Shown piece after piece: positions 1-8,800 of a stretch of DNA of 64,000 nt. The DNA is from a virus. Taxonomy: Duplodnaviria > Caudoviricetes. The first letter of the stretch is position 1, and the number at the start of each line of letters is the position of its first letter. Made by a program: the position numbers and the translations under genes. Below the pieces are notes generated by a model, which was not told the origin of the DNA, searched no databases, and worked only from the letters and a program-made list of their open reading frames with translations. Where the stretch lies: IMG/VR virus record IMGVR_UViG_3300027969_000040; one strand, given 5' to 3'.

Positions 1-1073
1 GTTGCACCAGCAACACCTTGAATTCCTTGTAGACCAGTTGCTCCTCGAGCACCAGCTGCGCCGGCTGCTCCTGCAAGACCAGTTGCACCTTGACTACCAT
101 TAGTACCATTGGCGCCTGCTAATCCAGTGGCACCCGTAGCACCTGCGCCTGTAGCACCAGTGATACCTTGAACACCGGCTGTACCCCTCGATCCAGTGTA
201 CCCAATGGCTCCTGCGGGCCCGGCCGCGCCTATTCCGTTTGCGCCCCTAGATCCAGCATATCCTCTTGCACCAGCTGATCCCGATGGACCGGTTGCCCCT
301 ATGTCTCCACTAGGCCCGGTATCCCCTTTTGGTCCTTGAAATCCAGTGGCACCAATTTCGCCATATGGTATGCCATTAGCATGATAAAGTTGATCTGTGT
401 AGATTGATCCTGCATATACATTGCCGGATATCCCAGCACCACCTGCAACTACTAATGCACCCGAGGTAGTTCCAACACTTGTTGTTGTATTTGTTAAATT
501 TAATGCTCCGGCATCAACAATTCCAGCTGTGCCAGATATTACACCACCGAGGCTAACAGACCCGTTTGATATAAATTTTAAGTGTCCAGTTACATTGTCC
601 CAAGCAACAAATGCGGATTGTTGAGATCCAACAGCAGATTTAAAGTAATTAAATTTAAATCCAATGTCAGAGCCGTCGTCAACTGTTAATGTAGTACCGC
701 TTGTATGTAGAGTAATTAACGAATCGCTTACTGAAGTATTTACAGAACTAACTGTAGTAGGAGTACCTGTTAAAACTAAATTTCCAGTTATAGTAACGTC
801 TACTGCTGTAAAAACTGGTTGTACGCCAATTTGCGTAATATTAGGTTGCGATGATGTTGTAATTAACCCATTGACTTGAGTAGCAAAAACTTTATCGGCA
901 TATATATTGCCTGTTACACCAACCCCACCAGATACAATTACTGCACCTGTTGACGTACTAGTACTTTGCGTTGCATTAGATACACTAAATGGTGTACCAA
1001 TTACAGTTGAAGTTACATTGCTTGCTGTTCCTAAATTTCTTAGTACAGCTGGTTGTCGTAAATATCTGATCAT
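1..1073 (-). CDS. Collagen-like (Gly-X-Y) tail-fibre/virion protein, C-terminus truncated by the window edge; not in the ORF track
   Basis: Manual translation from ATG at 1073: MIRYLRQPAVLRNLGTASNV...TGALVVAGGAGISGNVYAG...GEIGATGFQGPKGDTGPSGDIGATGPSGSAG...QGIQGVAGA. The frame is open to position 1, with a Gly-X-Y run over about 1-362. Confidence 0.85.
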   Translation of the reverse strand, partial: MIRYLRQPAVLRNLGTASNVTSTVIGTPFSVSNATQSTSTSTGAVIVSGGVGVTGNIYADKVFATQVNGLITTSSQPNITQIGVQPVFTAVDVTITGNLVLTGTPTTVSSVNTSVSDSLITLHTSGTTLTVDDGSDIGFKFNYFKSAVGSQQSAFVAWDNVTGHLKFISNGSVSLGGVISGTAGIVDAGALNLTNTTTSVGTTSGALVVAGGAGISGNVYAGSIYTDQLYHANGIPYGEIGATGFQGPKGDTGPSGDIGATGPSGSAGARGYAGSRGANGIGAAGPAGAIGYTGSRGTAGVQGITGATGAGATGATGLAGANGTNGSQGATGLAGAAGAAGARGATGLQGIQGVAGA

Positions 1074-1080
1074 TTATATA

Positions 1081-1437
1081 TTAGCTCATAATTTCATAGG
1101 ACAATACATACTGTAATACCCCTGCTATGTCAGCTGATATTCGTAATGCATCACCTTCTTCAAGGTATATACTTGTATCCTTAGCAATAGCAACCAAAGA
1201 ATCACCAACTGGTACTGGTATTGCACTGCCAATTTTATAACTAACAGAATTTCTATATATATCAATAGTAACAGTGGTATCGCTTGCACTTAAATTTGTA
1301 ACGTATAGCACATTTATACGGTAAGATTCCGAACTATTCACTGAATTTTCTAAAACTACATCAAGGGTGTCTGCTACCCAGTCGGCTTTAGTTTTTCCAA
1401 TAATGGAACTTGTAGTAATTAAATTAGGAGCAGCCAT
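1081..1437 (-). CDS. Small beta-rich virion protein (118 aa), resembling the N-terminal domain of the 440-aa protein at 23461-24783
   Basis: ORF track; late-promoter motif at 1481-1487; the ending (SIYLEEGDALRIS) resembles EKLILDDGDTICAS in the 440-aa ORF. Confidence 0.7.
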   Translation of the reverse strand: MAAPNLITTSSIIGKTKADWVADTLDVVLENSVNSSESYRINVLYVTNLSASDTTVTIDIYRNSVSYKIGSAIPVPVGDSLVAIAKDTSIYLEEGDALRISADIAGVLQYVLSYEIMS

Positions 1438-1480
1438 TTAAAATCCAATCTATTAGCGTGAGTTTAATTCTCAATTTATG

Positions 1481-1487
1481 TATTTAT
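1481..1487 (-). promoter_or_regulatory. T4-type late promoter core ATAAATA
   Basis: tatttat on the + strand in the intergenic gap upstream of the 118-aa gene; the same motif recurs upstream of other structural genes. Confidence 0.55.
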
Positions 1488-1529
1488 GCGCTGTTATAAA
1501 CCGTACTGCTCTAAGGATTACAATTAATA

Positions 1530-4500
1530 TTAGCTAATAATTGTTAAACTTTCGGGTAATGTAATAGTTGAATCAAAATAATCACCATTTAGATAAAGAG
1601 CACTGATTTTTATAATAGTATTTTTTGAACAAAATCCTGTAACAGATCCAGATGAAGGATCAATTGCTATAGTGTCTAAGGGTAAATTAGCCGAAGATAC
1701 AATAACTAATTTATATACAACAGTATTTCCCGGCTTATTTAAATTCTGTATAAACATGTTGGTTGCAATCATTGAATTATATACTGCTCCTGCTCTTAAA
1801 TTCTGTGTTATAGAGTCTGTTGCAATAGGTAATTGGCCGTAGTATCCGTATACACTAGCCAATTGGTCACCAAATATTGATGTCCATAATATGGCCCATC
1901 TTCCTTGTGGTTGAGACGAATCATTAATTAATATTGTAGCCGATGTAGCAACAATAGGGCCCGCATCTCCTTGGGTGCGAATGTTTATTTTTATTGTCTC
2001 AGTACCGTCCCTGAATTGATCATTTGCCAATGATACAGTAAATGACGCTTGATTGTTTTGTATTAAAAAGTTACCCGAGTTGATCTGATTAGAGAAATCT
2101 CCAGAATTAGTTGTTCCATCATTTGTCCAATACAATATTGTATTGTTGGGCACATTTATTGTTTTAATAACATATGTTACACTATCACCTTCGTTGATTG
2201 TTGAAATTAATGCACCCCCATTACGTTCAGCTAAATTCATAATCATGCCATGGCTTTGAGAAAACATACCAACCGGATTTTCTATGACTTGTCCCGACTC
2301 GAGTATGCTTATAATATCTCCAGAGTGATAAGCTATTGGAATTGCGCGACCTAACATATTAACATCAATATAGTATCCCCCGTTATATGATTGATGGTAT
2401 CCGCCTCTGATGCTTGGTGTTAATTTTGTTTTACTTTCGTTATCAAATATACTAGTTGAGTTGTTTCCTTCTCCTAAAAATATACTTAAACTTCCCAATC
2501 CTATTTCGTATTTAAATTTTTGTTGTGGAGTTCCAGTACCAGTATTAGACTTTGGTTGTGACTTATAATAAGAAGGATCCCATCTGCCTGGTATTGCTAT
2601 ACTAGCTGCTATCATACCCAAGTGAAACTTTTTATTTTTATCCCAATCTGCCCAGCGCCATGACGCAAATGACTCATTCGGCGGATTTGCTCCTATTACA
2701 TGATTTATTTTTAATATATGGCCGGGTGATTCGTAAGTCTTTTCGTAATCTTGTGTGTCAAATCTAGGTTCGACTACCCAGGCTGGCAAATCAAATGCGG
2801 TATGCGAAGTGACCCAGGTTACTACTGTCCAAACATTTATATTGTTATCTATCAATGTTTGATCCGTTGCATATCCTTGTTCAAATTCAAATGTAGCAGA
2901 ATGAATTATAGGCGAGTTATCAAATTTATCGTAATTTACAACTTGATAATCATCTCCTGGATAATATTTGGCAATTGCATGTGCGTGAATATCATTTTGA
3001 TTAAATAAATCGGTTGTACTTGTGCTCCTTACTAATCCATTTCTATTAGTCCACCACCATTTTAATAAATTACTACCTCTGTCGGATGCAACCGGAAAGA
3101 TCGAATAAATTGGTGGTTGCATAACAGCATTGTCAAAAATTGTTACAGATTTTGATACTGCAACAATAAGACCATTGGTGTTATTATCAGTTCTTAATTT
3201 TAAAAGTACAGTCCTACTAGGTTTATAATTTTTAGATATAGTTTTAGTAAAAGCAGCAACATTATTTAATATAACCACTACCCCAGCATTTTCAGAGTCG
3301 GTAAAATCGTCACTTGTTGCCGTGCCATAGTTACGCCAGTATAAAACAGTACCGTTTGGTACATTGAATGTATTAATTCTATAATCTATAAAATCACCCT
3401 CAGCAACATAACTAACACTCGGAGTAATAGAATATGTTTTTACTGTCTTAGATTTATCATATACTATAACCCTGTTTGCAGTTGCAACCACTGGTCCATT
3501 TACCGATTTAGTTCTAACTTCCATTGTTAATGTTTCTGCGCCTTCTGTTAATTTATCAGCAGTTGCAGTTCTTATAAAAGTTGCTAAATTATTTACTATA
3601 GTAATACTATCTTGATTTGGATTAGGAACCGTCCATTTAAACTGGAACGATCCGGAGCCACCTGCACCAAATTCATTTGTGTTTCCGATGCTGCTATATG
3701 ACACAGGGGTATTAATATTATAGTCAACAATTCCGTTATTATTATTTTTGTTTATATTAAAATTGTTAATACTTGAATCCAATGTATATAACAAACTAGT
3801 TTGAGATATTAACAATAAAGAGGTAGATGTTGATAATGGTATTGCTTGTGTATTAATCCCGCCATATGGATTTGCACCTTGCGTTGAAGTTAGCGGCCCG
3901 GTTGGTTTTTCAAAATCACCAATATATACTGCAACACCTTTAACTATACGAAGATTAGAAATATGAGAATTTTGTACATAATATCCCCAATAAGATGCAT
4001 AACCAATGTACATATCAGGTTTCTGACCATTGGATGCAGCCTCAGAAATTATGTTAGTGTTTACATTAGTATAGGTACCGCAGTTAACACCGTTACAATA
4101 CCAAGATAATGTAGTACCATCTCTAACCACTGCCCAGTGTTCCCAGGCATTACTAGTTGGAGACACTGTTGCGTGATAGTCAGTTATTAGACCCAATCTT
4201 ATTGTTAACTTATCTGGGTTATTCAATGGGTCCCTATATATTACCCATCCATTTTTAGTATTATCAACTTTTTGTCCTATGCCTGGGCCGCTAGCAGAAT
4301 CAAACGGTTCTAATAGATACCACCACCACTCAATGGTAAAATTGTCTTCATCAAACTCAAACGCCGTACTATACGGCATATTTAAATAATTACTATGATT
4401 ATTAAAACTTAAACTGCCGCCAGGAATTGCTGTAGATAGGCCGCCTGCCCGACCACCGTTGTCGCTGTAACTTGTTAGAAAATTTAATGCAGTGGCAGGT

Positions 4501-5843
4501 ATTAGATTTATACCATTACTTCCACTATACGCACCTTGGTTAGCATCACCAGGGGCTCCGCCGCGTCCTCCAAATAAACCGCCACCACCGCCGCCGCCGC
4601 CTGCACCTACATATTGACTAGTATACCCGTCGCCACCGTTATTGCTAGACGACATGACCCACCCGTCCTGTTCTTTTCCTGCGCCTAATCCTTCATTGCC
4701 GCCACCGCCGCCGCCTGCACCACCAGAGGCAATTAATTTAACTGTGTTATTAATTAATAAAACTGATGCCCCACCCCCACCACCACCAGTACCGGCAACT
4801 GTTTGAGGTCCGCTGCCGCCACCTGTGCCGCCAGCCAGTCCAGATATTGGAACAAATAAATTATATGACATAACATACAAATTATCATCTCCATTTAATA
4901 CCCCTTTATATTGCCCGGGAAGGAATAGTCCTCGACTAGGCGCAATAGAATCCATGTATCTTACAATTCCATTTATTACAATTATCCATAGAATAGCATT
5001 ATACGGGTCCTGGCTTGATACGGCATTTTTAACAAACCAGCCGTTGCCGTCTGTCAATGATTCTGGACTACTAGTTATAGTTGCTAACAAATTTGAAAAA
5101 TAACTAGCACCAGTTCCGAGCCCACCCGGGCCACCAATTCTGTTTATACCAGTACTTCCTTCTTTGCCACCACCGCCTATATAAACTTTTAACATGTCTC
5201 CGGGAGTCACAGGCAACATGCCAGATACAATTTGTCCAGGATACCCAATATATCCAGGATACAACCCGTCGCCGCCTTTGCCACCGCCAGCACCTGTGAT
5301 TGTAACTTCCAATTGATAAATTCCAGCTGGCACTGTCCAATCATAGCTACCTGCACCTGTTCTATATAATGAATCTGCTAGTCCAAAATCTGAAGTTTGT
5401 GTAGTTCCTCTATTCGTCAAGTACAAGATTGTTCCGTCTTTAACTCTAGTAGTGGTCACAGTATAGGTAATTGTATCTCCTTCATCGACTACAATTTTAT
5501 CTGGTGCAATAGCATACGTAGGAGGATCAATTATTTCAATTATTTTAGTAACCGCTGGAGAAACTCCTGTTAATGTTACTGTTAACGGTTCGGTTGATTC
5601 TGGTAAAAAATCATTTCTAATCTTTATTACCAATTGTAAATAGCCAGGTTCGTTTGGCCCAACAATAAAATTACCAGTTAAACTAGTAGGAGTTTTTCCA
5701 TTTATAGAATTTATGTCATTTAATGTTATGCCTGCGCCAGAAATTACATATGGTATAACCGACCCGTCGGGTTTATTAGTTTTCAATGTAACTATTACAT
5801 TTTTTCCATTTTCAAAAATTTGGTAAACCAATTTTAACTCCAA
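1530..5843 (-). CDS. Large tail-fibre/appendage protein (1437 aa): Calx-beta/Ig-like repeats, glycine-rich domain, LamG/ConA-like lectin domain
   Basis: Repeated motif Y(S/A)IxP...EGDxIxYxIxTxNVPNGTxLYW; poly-Gly tracts (GGGGGGASVLLIN); LamG signature FTIEWWWY...WEHWAVVRDGTTLSWYCNG...ISNLRIVKGVAVY. The start is a TTG one codon after the in-frame TAA of the upstream ORF. Confidence 0.75.
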   Translation of the reverse strand: MELKLVYQIFENGKNVIVTLKTNKPDGSVIPYVISGAGITLNDINSINGKTPTSLTGNFIVGPNEPGYLQLVIKIRNDFLPESTEPLTVTLTGVSPAVTKIIEIIDPPTYAIAPDKIVVDEGDTITYTVTTTRVKDGTILYLTNRGTTQTSDFGLADSLYRTGAGSYDWTVPAGIYQLEVTITGAGGGKGGDGLYPGYIGYPGQIVSGMLPVTPGDMLKVYIGGGGKEGSTGINRIGGPGGLGTGASYFSNLLATITSSPESLTDGNGWFVKNAVSSQDPYNAILWIIVINGIVRYMDSIAPSRGLFLPGQYKGVLNGDDNLYVMSYNLFVPISGLAGGTGGGSGPQTVAGTGGGGGGASVLLINNTVKLIASGGAGGGGGGNEGLGAGKEQDGWVMSSSNNGGDGYTSQYVGAGGGGGGGGLFGGRGGAPGDANQGAYSGSNGINLIPATALNFLTSYSDNGGRAGGLSTAIPGGSLSFNNHSNYLNMPYSTAFEFDEDNFTIEWWWYLLEPFDSASGPGIGQKVDNTKNGWVIYRDPLNNPDKLTIRLGLITDYHATVSPTSNAWEHWAVVRDGTTLSWYCNGVNCGTYTNVNTNIISEAASNGQKPDMYIGYASYWGYYVQNSHISNLRIVKGVAVYIGDFEKPTGPLTSTQGANPYGGINTQAIPLSTSTSLLLISQTSLLYTLDSSINNFNINKNNNNGIVDYNINTPVSYSSIGNTNEFGAGGSGSFQFKWTVPNPNQDSITIVNNLATFIRTATADKLTEGAETLTMEVRTKSVNGPVVATANRVIVYDKSKTVKTYSITPSVSYVAEGDFIDYRINTFNVPNGTVLYWRNYGTATSDDFTDSENAGVVVILNNVAAFTKTISKNYKPSRTVLLKLRTDNNTNGLIVAVSKSVTIFDNAVMQPPIYSIFPVASDRGSNLLKWWWTNRNGLVRSTSTTDLFNQNDIHAHAIAKYYPGDDYQVVNYDKFDNSPIIHSATFEFEQGYATDQTLIDNNINVWTVVTWVTSHTAFDLPAWVVEPRFDTQDYEKTYESPGHILKINHVIGANPPNESFASWRWADWDKNKKFHLGMIAASIAIPGRWDPSYYKSQPKSNTGTGTPQQKFKYEIGLGSLSIFLGEGNNSTSIFDNESKTKLTPSIRGGYHQSYNGGYYIDVNMLGRAIPIAYHSGDIISILESGQVIENPVGMFSQSHGMIMNLAERNGGALISTINEGDSVTYVIKTINVPNNTILYWTNDGTTNSGDFSNQINSGNFLIQNNQASFTVSLANDQFRDGTETIKINIRTQGDAGPIVATSATILINDSSQPQGRWAILWTSIFGDQLASVYGYYGQLPIATDSITQNLRAGAVYNSMIATNMFIQNLNKPGNTVVYKLVIVSSANLPLDTIAIDPSSGSVTGFCSKNTIIKISALYLNGDYFDSTITLPESLTIIS

Positions 5844-5846
5844 TTC

Positions 5847-8800
5847 TTATGTTATATTGCCAGCGATTATATTAACTTCTAGTTCATATACATAACTTAT
5901 TGATCCAATTACATTTATATAAACACTCTTAGGTGGTCCCATTTGCCCAGTCTGGGTTAATAATGTATAAGTAAAGGTATCTAACCCTTCATAGTCAGGA
6001 AATGGTACGTATGCAAAGTTTCTTCTATTATCAGTTATTCTGACATACCCATGCTGTGGTTGAGATAGCACTATAGGTTCTGAATACTTTCCAGGCCCTA
6101 CTCGTTGCATAATATGAGTATTATACAATTTTAAATTATTAGTATCTGTTGCCGTCTTTACTACCGGAGTTGCAAGGGGCCCACCGCTTTTAACAGGAAT
6201 AGGCGCACTGCCAGGAGTTGGTGTCATCCAAGACACGGGGGCATTAGGACCGCCTTGCGACCACCTGCCATGAGTAAAAGTCTTTTTAAAAGTTTGGTAA
6301 CTTTGTATATTTTGTATTGGTATAGTTAATGCATTGACCGAAACATCTGATGTTGTATCAGAAATAACAGTTATCATGCCTGACATAGCTTTACTAAAAA
6401 CAATTGTGTTTTTATTTACAAAATTATAACTATCAAAAGAATATTCATGCTTATCTGTATTGTAACTTGCATTTATCATTCTTGTACCATTAACAGGTGG
6501 CACATTTTTTATCATGTCATAAAATGGTGCTTTAATAGGTAAGACAACACCATTTGAATCTATTCTATTAGGACTTGGTGGATATATGTCAACTACAAAC
6601 GGTGTGCCATTTTGAGCAATATCAAAGTTTATCTCGCAATATGTATCATACATATCACACAATTTCTCTTTACCATGCTCATCTATGTTTTTAAGATTGT
6701 TAGCTGTCCTGGTGTTCCATATAGTCGAGCCTGCTACAGTTCTAACAGATGCTGCAAGCCCTTTTGCTATTATGTCCGTTGGGTTTTTAACATTAGCAGA
6801 ACTCCATATTACATCATTATGGTAATCGGTTAAACTTGCTGCTACTGCGGCAGAACTACCGGTTGTATCTGCTATAATTTTAATTATGTAGTCTCCCTCA
6901 TTGAGTAATTTTTCTGCTGTAAATATATTTGTAAAATTCTCTGTTTTTGATGTTTGATTGGTTTCCACTACTAATTCAAACTCAGCATTAAACTCAGTTC
7001 TTGACAAATATAAACTTCCTATATCATCTGCTGATAAATTAAAAGTATATTTTCCAGAATTTAATATAGTAATATACCACTTATACTCGCCAGGGCCGTC
7101 CCATACTCCAAAGTTATTAATTAATGTAGACCACTGGCCATTTACGGTTGTCGGCGACGAATAATATTCCGGAGCTCTAATTAATGTATTAGCAGTTTCT
7201 GCATAAATTTTTATATCATACCAACCGGGATCGTTTATAACATATGTAGTAGTTTCAATATTTTTATATTGGTACGATGGGGACCCACTGGTTTTTAATA
7301 CTTCTGTGATATCAGCATCAGACTGAATTCCAATATTTGATTTTAATTGCAAATTAGCAGATGTATCAGCAGACAAAGAAAATATATACTCATCTGCTTT
7401 AGGAAAAAATACTTGCCAATTGTAATATTTGTTTGACCAAGTTAAACTTGTAACAGGTTGATCAATAGTAAATGTAACATCATTCATTCCTTGCATTGAA
7501 TCGCCCACTCCAAACACTATAATAGAAGTACTAGTAAAAGAGTCAGGCACTGTAAATAATCCAGATTGTTCGTCATAATTACGATTAGTAACTATATTAT
7601 CTTCTAACAGGGCAACAATCATGGGTTCTGTACCATCACATAAATCTACTCTAGGACGATAAAATTGTAATCGTGTCGCATTATCATTACAGTAATACAG
7701 ATAAGTTCTATGTATACCTTGGGTGGAATTGAGTCCCCATTTTATATCACCGGTGCCAATAGTTCCGCCATTATTATCGCCAACTTTTCCTGTTGTAGTG
7801 TAATATCCAGAGTCTGGATGTTTACCAGTTGCTGTAGTTGTAGCAGGATAAACATGTCCCACAAAAAGATACCATTGATTTTGTGTTAATTGTGAAGTTA
7901 ATCGATAATCCCAATAAGGGTTAGGCTCTGCATCCCCTGTATCCATGCGACATGCACCACCATTATTGCCATACATGCCTAAATAAAAATAACCCCCAGC
8001 AGCAGTAGAAGTGCGCCGGACCCATACAGAAAACCTATATGTTTTAGTATTATCAATGTCAAACCACGGTGTCTCCCATCCCCCGTCTGCAAAGCCATCA
8101 GCCGACGGTCTTGTCTCCCATACTACATCAGTGTTGGCCCACGGATTGGCGCCAAGTACCCGCTCATTTTCATTTGTATTGCCGTTTTGATTATATCCTG
8201 GTATTGACCCGGAGCCAACTATCCATTCATTATAATTTATAATTGAGGTAGTGCCCCTACCTGGATAATTATTATGGTATAATACACCAGCCAATGGGAT
8301 AGTGGGAAGTTCCGATACAGTCCATATCCAATATCCAATTGTATAATTAAATTCTACTGTAAACTTACTTGACCATGTTATAATATCTCCGTATTCAACT
8401 TTTCTTATATTATTAATTGATGTTTGTATTCCAAAATTTACAAGGTCGTCTGCTGACACGTCATACCCAATTAATATCATATCCTCAGTTGATGTAGCAC
8501 CAATATCTATTGTAAAGTTTTTAAGTAATGGCACTACCCCTATATCATAGTAGACTGATGGTACAGATCCAATGGTATTGGCTAAATTCATATTTGAAAA
8601 AATCTGAGATGCAGTTCTGGCTTCATCCCAAATTCTAACATCAAAAATATAAGCATATAGTTGATTGGCTGCGGTTGCTGCACCTTCTCTGTTACCCAGT
8701 GTAACTGGATTGGCACTAGGTTGAGAAGTTCTATTTAAATATTGAGTTAAATTATTTTGTTGTACATCAATTACCCCATCTAAATATAATAAAAGTTCTG

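Noticed and set aside
421-1116. Three short plus-strand ORFs in the track
   Set aside because: They are antisense to the real collagen-like ORF (1073 to <1).
5847-5849. Genome-wide stop-codon reassignment
   Set aside because: TAA terminates most genes at sensible positions, TAG terminates gp46, and standard-code ORFs tile the window densely.
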